NCBI GenBank assembly: GCA_902571015.1
Contig: CACGAC010000006.1
Span: forward strand, 3,941 to 67,940
Length of the DNA: 64,000 nucleotides
Reading direction: 5' to 3'
Origin: an uncultured Pelagibacteraceae bacterium
GTDB taxonomy: Bacteria; Pseudomonadota; Alphaproteobacteria; Pelagibacterales; Pelagibacteraceae
Part shown: piece after piece, positions 50,803-59,741 of the stretch
Numbering within the stretch: position 1 is the stretch's first letter
Layout: the number at the start of each line of letters is the position of its first letter
Notes under the pieces: generated by a model
Database searches by the model: none
Told to the model about the DNA's origin: nothing
The model's input: only the letters and a program-made list of their open reading frames with translations
Program-made: the position numbers and the translations under genes

Positions 50803-51668
50803 TTAAAAAAGGAATTATTTTAGCGGGTGGAATGGGCACTAGAATGAGCCCACTAACTAAGGCAGTAAACAAACAACTATTACCAATATATGATAAGCCT
50901 CTTATTTACTATCCTTTATCAATATTAATGTTAGCAAAAATAAAAGATGTCTTAATTATTGTTAATAAAGGTCAACTAAACCAGTACAAAAAGTTATTTC
51001 CTAATAAGAAAAACTTTGGAGTAAATATTACTTTTAAGGAACAAAGCCAACCTAGAGGTTTGCCAGATGCATTTTTAATAGGAAAAGATTTCATTAAAAA
51101 TTCAGGTGTTGCAATGATTTTGGGGGATAATTTTTTTTATGGACAAAATTTATCTGGACTTCTAGCTAATTGTGTAAAATTAAGAAATGGAGCAAAAATA
51201 GTTCTTCATAGTGTAAAAAATCCGGAGGCATTTGGTGTTGCTAAAATAAATATTAAAAATAAAAAAATCATAAAAATAAAGGAGAAACCAAAAAAATTTA
51301 TATCAAATTATGCAATCACAGGTCTTTATTTTTTTGATAAGAATGTCATAAATTATGCAAAAAACTTAAAACCTTCAAAACGAGGAGAACTTGAAATCAT
51401 TGACTTGATAAATCAATATAAACTTAAGAACAAACTTTCAGCTGAATTTCTTGGAAGAGGTGGTGCTTGGTTAGATACAGGTTCGATAAGTGATTATTAC
51501 AAAACATCAACATTTGTTCAAGCGGTAGAAAATAGACAAGGTTTTAAAATTGCATGTCTCGAGGAAATAGCATTATTAAATAATTGGATTAATAATAAGG
51601 ATATACAAAATGCAATAACGTTTTATGGAAATTGTGAATACTCATCATACCTTAAGAAATTAATCTAA
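50799..51668 (+). CDS. rfbA: Glucose-1-phosphate thymidylyltransferase
   Basis: GIILAGGMGTR, KQLLPIYDKP, LGDNFF, RGELEI, AWLDTG. Confidence 0.95.
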   Translation: MIKKGIILAGGMGTRMSPLTKAVNKQLLPIYDKPLIYYPLSILMLAKIKDVLIIVNKGQLNQYKKLFPNKKNFGVNITFKEQSQPRGLPDAFLIGKDFIKNSGVAMILGDNFFYGQNLSGLLANCVKLRNGAKIVLHSVKNPEAFGVAKINIKNKKIIKIKEKPKKFISNYAITGLYFFDKNVINYAKNLKPSKRGELEIIDLINQYKLKNKLSAEFLGRGGAWLDTGSISDYYKTSTFVQAVENRQGFKIACLEEIALLNNWINNKDIQNAITFYGNCEYSSYLKKLI

Positions 51669-52186
51669 TGATTAAAAAATCAAAATTTAAAGATCTTGTA
51701 ATTATAAGTAATACTTCATTTAAAGACAAAAGAGGTTATTTTAAAGAATTACTAAAAGAAAAAAAACTAAAAAAAAGGTTTCCATTTCTAGTAATGTCAT
51801 TTTCAAAAAAAAATGTAATTCGAGGTCTTCATTTACAAAAAAAAAATTCTCAAGGAAAATTTATAAGTGTCATAAAGGGTAAAATTTTTGATGTTGTGGT
51901 TGATTTGAGAAAAAATTCTAAAACTTATGGTAAATATTTATCTACAATATTAAGCGAGAAGAATTCAAAATCTATTTTTATACCACCTGGCTTTGCTCAT
52001 GGTTTTTGTGCATTATCAAAGGAAAATTATGTAGTTTATAGTTGTACAAAATATAGAGATGAAAAAAGCGAAATAGGTATTAAGTTTAATGATCAGGATC
52101 TCAAAATTAATTGGCCAATAAAAAAACCTATCATTTCAAATAAAGATAAAAATAACATAAGTCTTAGAGAATTTAAAAAAACCTAG
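51668..52186 (+). CDS. rfbC: dTDP-4-dehydrorhamnose 3,5-epimerase
   Basis: DKRGYF, RGLH, QGKFISV, DLRKNSKTYG, PPGFAHGF. Confidence 0.94.
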   Translation: MIKKSKFKDLVIISNTSFKDKRGYFKELLKEKKLKKRFPFLVMSFSKKNVIRGLHLQKKNSQGKFISVIKGKIFDVVVDLRKNSKTYGKYLSTILSEKNSKSIFIPPGFAHGFCALSKENYVVYSCTKYRDEKSEIGIKFNDQDLKINWPIKKPIISNKDKNNISLREFKKT

Positions 52187-53195
52187 AAAAGATTTTTAAA
52201 ATATTGAAAATTTTTAAACTTGGTTTCTTATCAGAGCCAGACTTTATATTGTTGGTATTTTTTAAATTTTTAACATAATAATTATAATTTTCTAGTAATA
52301 TATCTTTGCTAGATTTATCAGAGCCCATTTTGAATGTATTGAAAATTTTTTTTGTATTTAAAACAATATTTTTTGTGAGTAACGCCTTATGATAATAGTT
52401 CAAATCAACTAACTTAAAAAAAATCAATATATTTAAAGCAAAATTACCGAAGTAATAATTTACATTAAAAATTTTAGACTTAGATTTAGATTTTTCTATT
52501 ATGTGAGATAAATTTTCCCTGAATGTGAAAGATTTTTTTGTACCAACATTAAATGTATTACTTTTTTTTAGACTTAAACATTTTTTTATAATTAAACACA
52601 AATCATCTACTTGAATAAATTGTATCTTGTTATTTCCATCACCAATCAAAAATAATGGAAAATTATTTCGAATCATTTCAAAAAGAATTCCCATTCTGTG
52701 ACTTCTAGATTTGCCAACGACTATAGGCACTCTAAGAATTGTGTAATTTTTTAATTTGGATTTTTTCAATATTGTCTCTACTTTATATTTGGATTTACCA
52801 TATGAATTTTTAGCACTAGGAGTTTCATTTTCTAATATTGGTTTGATATAATTCTTCTCATAAATCGAGAAAGTTGATGTAAATATAAAATTCTTGATTT
52901 TATACCTCTCTCCCATCAAAATTAAGTTTCTTGATGATGTTACGTTAAAATTATAAACATTTTTATCATCATCAAATATTTCTGATGCCAGATGTATTAT
53001 TGTTGATATTTTGTTTTTTTTAAATATTTTCTCAAGATTTTCTCGATTTAATAAATTTATTCTATGAAAATTATTTTGGTTTGAAAAATTTTTTTTTTTA
53101 TCAATTAGTATCAATTTATTACTATTTTTAAATTCATTGACCAAAATTTTTCCAATAAATCCTTGAGATCCAGTAATTAAAATTTTTGATTTCAT
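52173..53195 (-). CDS. NAD-dependent epimerase/dehydratase/reductase (extended SDR)
   Basis: ITGSQGFIG, IHLAS, FTST, YGKSK. Start moved to ATG 53195. Confidence 0.85.
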   Translation of the reverse strand: MKSKILITGSQGFIGKILVNEFKNSNKLILIDKKKNFSNQNNFHRINLLNRENLEKIFKKNKISTIIHLASEIFDDDKNVYNFNVTSSRNLILMGERYKIKNFIFTSTFSIYEKNYIKPILENETPSAKNSYGKSKYKVETILKKSKLKNYTILRVPIVVGKSRSHRMGILFEMIRNNFPLFLIGDGNNKIQFIQVDDLCLIIKKCLSLKKSNTFNVGTKKSFTFRENLSHIIEKSKSKSKIFNVNYYFGNFALNILIFFKLVDLNYYHKALLTKNIVLNTKKIFNTFKMGSDKSSKDILLENYNYYVKNLKNTNNIKSGSDKKPSLKIFNILKIFSRFF

Positions 53196-53225
53196 AATTC
53201 TATTATCTGTATTAAACAAATTATA

Positions 53226-54662
53226 ATGAATAAGATTAATATAAATTTTTTATATTATTCAGTACTTATATTTATAACAATTCTCTTCAGGTTATATAAC
53301 ATAAATTATGATGATTTTTGGATAGATGAAATTATAAGCTTTTACATATCTGATCCATCGATAACTTTAAATGAATTTTACCACAGACATAAAACTTTAG
53401 AAAATTCTCCTTTTTTATTTAATTTTATTTTAAGAAATTATTTTGAAATATTTGGATATAATACTTTAATAGCAAGATATCTTCCATCCATTTTAAATTC
53501 TTTATCAATCTTTTTTTTAATATATTTTTATAAAAAAGTATTAAGAGGAAAATCGTCATTAGTACTTTTTATCCTCCTTGCTTTCAATATTTACTTAATA
53601 AAATATTCTCAAGAACTTAGATTATATTCTTGGTATTTATTTATTTTTATAATTAATATCTATTATTTCTATAAAATAATTAATTCTGAAAATATTGAAT
53701 CGCATTCAAATTTTTTTTTATTTTTTTTGACAAGTATTTTTTTAGTAATTACTCATCCTTTTGCTTTGATTATTATTTTTTCATATTCAGCATTTTTAAT
53801 ATATAAAAACTTTTCGAAAAAGGTTTTTGAAATGAAACTTTTTAAACTTCTAATCTTAATTAATTGTTTTTCAGCTATATTTATTATTTTTTTTATCTTA
53901 AATACAACACATCAACCAATCTGGATTGAAAATATAGACTGGAAATTTTTTACAAATTTTTTCTTTTCAAAATTTTTTGGGTCAAGATTAATTGGTGGAA
54001 TTTATCTTTTAATATTAATTTATTTAATTGTTAAATATATAAAAAATATCTTATTTGAATCGAACTTTGAAATTTTTTTATTAATTACAATTTTCTTTTC
54101 CTATTCAGTACCAATAGTATATTCTTATATTTTTAATCCAGCTGTTGTTGATAGATATTTGATATACTTAGTTTTGATAATAGTTTTGTTAATGACGATG
54201 TTAATTGATAAAATTGAGTCAAAAAAACTTAGATTATTTTTTTGCGGTATTTTAATAATTTCTACAATTGGAAATTTTTTTACTGAAACAACATTCAAAC
54301 AATTTTTTAAAGAAAGAACTGTACATAAACCAGATTTAAAGTCTGTATTGCTTGAAATAAAAAAGTCATCAAATTTTAATGTCACCCTAAATTTAGAAAA
54401 AACGTATCTATCGAAAAGTGAAATTTCAAATGCATTTGAGAACTATTTAAAAAATTATTCGAAAGTTGATGATTTAAAAATAGAATTTTTTAATTATTTA
54501 GTAATAGATAAAGAAAAATATTCTAAAAAAATTTGGATAATTTGTTTAAATGATTTAAATGGTGATAATTGTGAAATACCAACAATATTTACTAAATTTA
54601 AAACAATTAAAGAAAGTTCATTTAATAGTATTAATGTTAAGTTGATCGAAAAAGTGATTTGA
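53226..54662 (+). CDS. Polytopic GT-C glycosyltransferase (PMT/ArnT-like)
   Basis: FWIDE first-loop motif, SPFLF, ARY, YSQELRLYS; many TM segments and a soluble C-terminus; very AT-rich. Confidence 0.72.
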   Translation: MNKININFLYYSVLIFITILFRLYNINYDDFWIDEIISFYISDPSITLNEFYHRHKTLENSPFLFNFILRNYFEIFGYNTLIARYLPSILNSLSIFFLIYFYKKVLRGKSSLVLFILLAFNIYLIKYSQELRLYSWYLFIFIINIYYFYKIINSENIESHSNFFLFFLTSIFLVITHPFALIIIFSYSAFLIYKNFSKKVFEMKLFKLLILINCFSAIFIIFFILNTTHQPIWIENIDWKFFTNFFFSKFFGSRLIGGIYLLILIYLIVKYIKNILFESNFEIFLLITIFFSYSVPIVYSYIFNPAVVDRYLIYLVLIIVLLMTMLIDKIESKKLRLFFCGILIISTIGNFFTETTFKQFFKERTVHKPDLKSVLLEIKKSSNFNVTLNLEKTYLSKSEISNAFENYLKNYSKVDDLKIEFFNYLVIDKEKYSKKIWIICLNDLNGDNCEIPTIFTKFKTIKESSFNSINVKLIEKVI

Positions 54663-54663
54663 T

Positions 54664-54740
54664 TGGTAGCGGGAAGTGGGATCGAACCACTGACCTCGGG
54701 CTTATGAGTCCCGCGCTCTAACCAACTGAGCTACCCCGCC
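54664..54740 (-). tRNA. tRNA-Met(CAT), probably elongator
   Basis: 77 nt: GGCGGGG TA GCTC AGTTGGTTA GAGC G CGGGA CTCATAA GCCCG AGGTC AGTGG TTCGATC CCACT TCCCGCT A CCA. It lacks the initiator C1:A72 pair; CCA is encoded. Confidence 0.93.
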
Positions 54741-54831
54741 TTTTAACATTGTTGATTTATAATATTTATAAAATTTGATTCAATAATAATTAATCATTAA
54801 ATTTATGTAAATTTTAGGTAATTATGTAAAT

Positions 54832-55041
54832 TTAGCTAAAAACTATAAGCCCAAATAAAATTAAACCCGTCGAGGCTGCAGCAGAAAAATAAAACTTTTT
54901 TCTAATCTCTTGTTTCTTGTCAGATTTTACTCTGTTTAAAAGAACATTTATATCTGTACCTCTAGAAGTAGTTTGTGGAGTGTGAGAAACTGTATATTTT
55001 GAAGTAAGTTTTTGTTTAAGAGTGTCAGTTAGATTTTTCAT
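54832..55041 (-). CDS. Small hypothetical protein with C-terminal TM helix (DINVL family, copy 2)
   Basis: 69 aa from ATG 55041; aligns with 55083..55313. Confidence 0.75.
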   Translation of the reverse strand: MKNLTDTLKQKLTSKYTVSHTPQTTSRGTDINVLLNRVKSDKKQEIRKKFYFSAAASTGLILFGLIVFS

Positions 55042-55082
55042 TTGTGTAATTAACCATCCTTTGGATTTATTAGCAAATAAAA

Positions 55083-55313
55083 TTATAAAGAGAGAAATAT
55101 TCCAATTGATCCTAATAGAAGAACACAAAATGAAAAAATAAAAATATTTTTCCTAAACTCTTTGCCTTGCTCAGCATCTAATTTTGATTTTAAAACATTT
55201 ATATCAACTCTACCGGAGCTAATTTTATTAGGATTTAAAGGCTTTTCAGCTACATTAATATCATTTGGGGTCTCGATATTATTAGTATTCTCTGTAAAGC
55301 CTTTAGATGTCAT
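55083..55313 (-). CDS. Small hypothetical protein with C-terminal TM helix (DINVL family, copy 1)
   Basis: 76 aa; DINVL..E.RK followed by a 21-aa hydrophobic tail. Confidence 0.75.
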   Translation of the reverse strand: MTSKGFTENTNNIETPNDINVAEKPLNPNKISSGRVDINVLKSKLDAEQGKEFRKNIFIFSFCVLLLGSIGIFLSL

Positions 55314-55366
55314 AAATCTATTAAACCATAATATTTAAAAAAAACAATTTTCTTGGAAGTTCAAAC

Positions 55367-55404
55367 TGGGTCAATAATGAATTGACACATGTCCAATTTG
55401 GGTC
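55367..55404. promoter_or_regulatory. Candidate operator region between divergent genes
   Basis: Inverted repeat GTCAAT-N5-ATTGAC (55370-86) containing TTGACA; TGGGTC repeated at 55367 and 55399. Confidence 0.4.
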
Positions 55405-55426
55405 TTAACTGCCACTTTTATAATTT

Positions 55427-56404
55427 ATGAGCATTCAAGAAGTAGATTTTTCCAAAACTCTTTCAGACGAGCAGGTCTATGAGTCCATTATGTCTCACTA
55501 TTCTATTCTTAGTAAAGATTGGATATCACATCAATGGAATTGGATGAACGGTGTTTATAGGCCATTTAATGATCACTATAAATATTTGATAATAATTTCT
55601 TTAATTGAAAAAACTCTTCAATTTTACACCCAGATGAATATTCAATACTCTTATGATGAATACTACTCGAAATCATATCTTCAAATTGATAAGTTTAGTA
55701 TTACTGAACTTTGTGAAAAATTAGATTTACCTAAAGAAACAATTAGAAGAAAAGTTATAGAACTTGAAAATGAAGGTGTAATAACTCGTAATAAAAAAAA
55801 AATTGTAATTGATAGAAAAGCATTCGACTTTATTAAGCCAGCACAACAAATAAAATTTTCAGCAAAATATATATATTTAGTTTCTAAAGCTTTAAATAAA
55901 GATAAGGTTTATTCTAAAAAACCTGATCAAAAAATTATTGAAAATATTATAAAAAAAAGATTTTCATTATCATGGAGTTGGTTTTACAGAATGCAAATAC
56001 CATCAATTATTGGTTACCATAAATTTTTTAAAGATTTAACTACGTTTCATATTTGGGGAACAATTTGCATGAACCAAGTCTTAAACGTAACCGATCAATT
56101 AAATTCTTATAAAAATAAACCCTCATTAGATTACTTTGCTACTAATAATATTGTTATAGAAAATCTTGGAGCAGAAACTGGTATAAGTGCAATGTCAATT
56201 TCTGATATGACAAAAATCCCCAGAGCAACAATTATTAGAAAATGTAAATATTTAATTGGGGAAAACTTAATTAAGCTAAACCAAAAAAAACAATATTTGC
56301 TAACCAGTATGAATTTTAGAAAAATTTTACCTTATCAAACACAAATTTTTAAATACAAGGCAAAGTTTATTCGTAAAATTTTAAATCTTCTTGTAATTTC
56401 TTAA
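55427..56404 (+). CDS. Hypothetical protein with two tandem winged-HTH-like repeats (putative regulator)
   Basis: SITELCEKLDLPKETIRRKVIEL (aa 91-113) and SAMSISDMTKIPRATIIRKCKYL (aa 254-276). Confidence 0.7.
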   Translation: MSIQEVDFSKTLSDEQVYESIMSHYSILSKDWISHQWNWMNGVYRPFNDHYKYLIIISLIEKTLQFYTQMNIQYSYDEYYSKSYLQIDKFSITELCEKLDLPKETIRRKVIELENEGVITRNKKKIVIDRKAFDFIKPAQQIKFSAKYIYLVSKALNKDKVYSKKPDQKIIENIIKKRFSLSWSWFYRMQIPSIIGYHKFFKDLTTFHIWGTICMNQVLNVTDQLNSYKNKPSLDYFATNNIVIENLGAETGISAMSISDMTKIPRATIIRKCKYLIGENLIKLNQKKQYLLTSMNFRKILPYQTQIFKYKAKFIRKILNLLVIS

Positions 56405-56444
56405 ATCTTCAATAAATTCTTCTCGAATATTACACAGAGGGGTC

Positions 56445-57296
56445 ATGGGTATAGTAACAACAATAGCGCCGTTTGCGCTAGCTCTTATAATGTTAGGGCT
56501 TGGGGCGTCATTAACAGTAAAAGATTTCACAAGAGTATTTCAGCATCCAAAAGAATTTTTTGTTGGTTTAATTTGTCAATTAGTTGTTCTTCCAATTATT
56601 GGTTATCTGTTAATAATTATTTTAAAAACTCCAATAGAGCTAGCTTTAGGGGTAATGTTGATTGCAGCTGCACCTGGTGGAGTAACATCAAATGTGCTTA
56701 CTAAATTTGCAGATGGAGATGTTGCACTTTCTATATCTCTTACAGCTTTTACTAGTTTAATAAGTATTGTTTCAGTTCCCTATATAGTTTTTTTATCAAT
56801 TGATTTATTTAATATTACTTATGTTGAAAAAGAAGTTTCGATGCTTGGTATATCCTTAAAGATGTTTTTTGTAGTTACTGTGCCTGTGATAATTGGAATG
56901 ATTATTAGAAAATTTTTTAGTGATTTTATAGAAAATAATATCAAAATTATTGAGAAAGCATCCATAGGATTATTTTCAATTGTTTTCATTGCTATCTACA
57001 TTCAAGAATGGGATAGTATTATAATGTTCCTAACGACAGCAGGAACTATTGCTTTGGTTCTTAATATTTCCATGATGGTTATAGGCTTTTACGTAGCTAA
57101 ACTTTTTGCATCAGGTGTTGCTCAACAAAGATGTATATCTATTGAATGTGGATTACAAAATGGAACGTTAGCTGTTTTTGTAGGAACGCAGTTGTTTGGG
57201 CAAAACATGACTTACATGGTTCCAACAGCAGCTTATGCTTTGATTATGATGATGACTTCTGTTCTTTTTGTGTTTTTCTTAAGAAATAGAACTTAA
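56445..57296 (+). CDS. Bile acid:sodium symporter (BASS) family transporter
   Basis: IMLGLG, QLVVLP, APGGVTSN, GDVALS, ECGLQNG. Confidence 0.9.
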   Translation: MGIVTTIAPFALALIMLGLGASLTVKDFTRVFQHPKEFFVGLICQLVVLPIIGYLLIIILKTPIELALGVMLIAAAPGGVTSNVLTKFADGDVALSISLTAFTSLISIVSVPYIVFLSIDLFNITYVEKEVSMLGISLKMFFVVTVPVIIGMIIRKFFSDFIENNIKIIEKASIGLFSIVFIAIYIQEWDSIIMFLTTAGTIALVLNISMMVIGFYVAKLFASGVAQQRCISIECGLQNGTLAVFVGTQLFGQNMTYMVPTAAYALIMMMTSVLFVFFLRNRT

Positions 57297-59737
57297 TTAT
57301 TTTTAAAATTAGTTTGTTTTAAAGGTTTGATAATTATTTCTATTGGATACTTTTTTTTCTCTACTTCAATGAATAGATCTTTTTTGTTAAGTTCGTCATT
57401 TGAAATATCGTTATTGATATAACCAAATGTTAAATTTTTCCTAAAATTAAAAGAATAATTGCCAGATGTTGATCTACCTATAATTTTATTTTCTAAATAA
57501 ATAGGCTCATCATGAAGCAATAATGGCTCACCTGGTTTGCTATCTTTTAAAGTAAACATTGCAAATCTACGTTTAATTTTTTCCTTTTTAATTTTTTCTA
57601 AAGCTTTTTTGCCAATAAATTCATGCTCCTTTTTAGAGCTTATTGTGAAAGATAAACCTGCTTGGTATTGATTTTCTTCTGGTGAAATATCATGTCCCCA
57701 ATGTAAAAATCCACTCTCCATTCGCATAATATCCATAGCGTGCATACCACAATTCGAAAGGTTAAAATCTTTTCCTTTATTAACCAATAATTCATAAATT
57801 TTTTTAGCATCTTCAGATTTAACATATAATTCATAACCTAATTCACCAACATATGACAATCTTTGAGTCCAAATTTTAATACCTTCAATTGAAATATATT
57901 TTGCTGTACCAAATCTAAATTCATCATTTTCGAAATTGTCTTTTGAAATTGATTTCATTAAAGCTCTACTCTTTGGTCCAAACACACCAAATACACAAAA
58001 ATCATCTGTAACGTCTTTTAACTCTAAATCTTTTGCGAGGTATTTTTTTATGTGAAATTTATCTCTCTCCCTTGTGGCTGCAGAGCTTATTATTCTAAAA
58101 TGATCTTTTTCGATACAAACAACTGTTAAATCTGTTTCAATACCACCGTCGGGATTTAACATATGTGTATAAACACATTTGCCAACTTCATTTTTAATAT
58201 TTGCCGTACAAATTTTTTGCAATTCCGTATAAGCTTTATCAGATTTAATCTCAAATTTAGAAAAAGGAGTTAAATCAAATAATCCAACATTTTTGATGGT
58301 ATTATTCGTTTCATATTCTGCTGAAGGGTACCAGTTTTGGTAATTATAACTGTATTCGTATTCCGTTTTTTCTCCATCTAGAGCAAACCACATAGGTCTT
58401 TCATATCCACCTGATGCACCAAAACAAGCGCCAAAGCTTTTTAATTCATCATGATATGGAAGAGTTTTTATATTCCTTGAGGTTTTATGTTGTTTAAAAG
58501 GCCAATGCATTCCATATAAATCTCCTAAAGATTCCGTAATCCTTTTTTTAATAAAACTTAGATCAGAATGAAATTTTTGAAATCTTTTGATGTCATAACA
58601 AAAAATATCTTCATTAATATGTCCATTGATTAACCATTCAGCGGTAACTTTACCTACACCGCCACCACTTCCAATTCCAATACTATTTAAACCACAACAT
58701 ACAAAAAAGTTTTTTATTTCAGGCACTTCTCCTAGTAATGTATTTGTATCTGGAGTAAATGACTCTGGGCCTGAAAAAAATTTTCTAATTCCTGCTGTTT
58801 CTAAAACTGGAAATCTTTTTATTGCAGTGGCTAAATAAGGTTCAAAATGTTCAAAATTTTCTTGAAATTCTCCAAACGAAAAATCCTCTGGAACTTTATT
58901 AGTTTTATCCCAGGCTGGTATAGACTGAGACTCAAATATACCAACTAATATTTTTCCAGCGTCTTCTTTAATATAAGTCCTATTATCAAAATCTCTTATC
59001 ACTGGTAAAGTTTTAGAAAGATTTTCAATTGGCTCTGTAATAATATAAAAATGTTCTGCTGGGTAAAGAGGAATACTTACTCCAGCTTTTTCTCCAATTT
59101 GGCGTGACCACATTCCTGATGCTAAAACTATATACTCACAATCAATTTTTTGACCATTTACTTTTACACCTGAAATTTTTCTATTTTTAGTTATGATCTC
59201 ATCAACGGGAGATTTTTCAAAAATCTTTGCCCCTTCCATTCTTGCTGCTTTTGCTAACATATGTGTTACTCCCGATGGATCTGCAGCACCATCTCCTGGC
59301 ATTAAAATTCCTCCTAAAACTTCATCAGTATTTACAATTGGATAATCTTTTTTAATTTGTTCTTTATCTAAAATTCTAACATCAACATCAAAAAGCTGTG
59401 CGGTTGTCGCTTGTCTTTGAAGCTCTTGCCATCTACCTTTATTTTCAGCAATTGAAAGTGCACCGTTCAATCTTAATCCAGCTGAATGATCAACTTTCTT
59501 TTCAAGTTCTTTATATAGGTCTAAAGTATATTTTCTTATTTTAGTAATTGCTGCAGATGGACCTAGTTGACTTACTAATCCAGCTGCATGCCAAGTCGTA
59601 CCTGATGTTAACTGATCTCTTTCTAAAAGGATTGTATCTTTCCAACCAAATTTAGCCAAATGATAAGCAACTGAACAACCAACTACTCCACCTCCGATAA
59701 CAACAACTTTGGTGCTACTTGGAAGTTTTTTTTCCAT
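57293..59737 (-). CDS. FAD-dependent GcvT-family oxidoreductase (dimethylglycine/sarcosine dehydrogenase-like)
   Basis: VIGGGVVG, SGTTWHAAG (covalent FAD His), GPESFTPD, RLSYVGELGYE, RMESGF. Confidence 0.9.
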   Translation of the reverse strand: MEKKLPSSTKVVVIGGGVVGCSVAYHLAKFGWKDTILLERDQLTSGTTWHAAGLVSQLGPSAAITKIRKYTLDLYKELEKKVDHSAGLRLNGALSIAENKGRWQELQRQATTAQLFDVDVRILDKEQIKKDYPIVNTDEVLGGILMPGDGAADPSGVTHMLAKAARMEGAKIFEKSPVDEIITKNRKISGVKVNGQKIDCEYIVLASGMWSRQIGEKAGVSIPLYPAEHFYIITEPIENLSKTLPVIRDFDNRTYIKEDAGKILVGIFESQSIPAWDKTNKVPEDFSFGEFQENFEHFEPYLATAIKRFPVLETAGIRKFFSGPESFTPDTNTLLGEVPEIKNFFVCCGLNSIGIGSGGGVGKVTAEWLINGHINEDIFCYDIKRFQKFHSDLSFIKKRITESLGDLYGMHWPFKQHKTSRNIKTLPYHDELKSFGACFGASGGYERPMWFALDGEKTEYEYSYNYQNWYPSAEYETNNTIKNVGLFDLTPFSKFEIKSDKAYTELQKICTANIKNEVGKCVYTHMLNPDGGIETDLTVVCIEKDHFRIISSAATRERDKFHIKKYLAKDLELKDVTDDFCVFGVFGPKSRALMKSISKDNFENDEFRFGTAKYISIEGIKIWTQRLSYVGELGYELYVKSEDAKKIYELLVNKGKDFNLSNCGMHAMDIMRMESGFLHWGHDISPEENQYQAGLSFTISSKKEHEFIGKKALEKIKKEKIKRRFAMFTLKDSKPGEPLLLHDEPIYLENKIIGRSTSGNYSFNFRKNLTFGYINNDISNDELNKKDLFIEVEKKKYPIEIIIKPLKQTNFKNN

Positions 59738-59741
59738 TTAA

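Noticed and set aside
49232-53099. Homopolymer runs (A9 at 49232-40, T10 at 49590-99, T11 at 53089-99) in glycan genes as phase-variation switches
   Set aside because: Frames are intact, and similar A/T runs occur in housekeeping genes such as cimA. They are expected at this AT content. Read-level length variation would be needed to support the idea.
48866-54740. Integrative element or prophage at tRNA-Met
   Set aside because: No integrase, phage or transposase genes, and I saw no duplicated tRNA 3' end (att) at the left boundary.
54803-54835. Short direct repeat TTATGTAAATTT(T)AG twice, 19 bp apart, upstream of the tRNA
   Set aside because: Only two very AT-rich copies, one overlapping a stop codon; could be chance. 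Not a CRISPR array.
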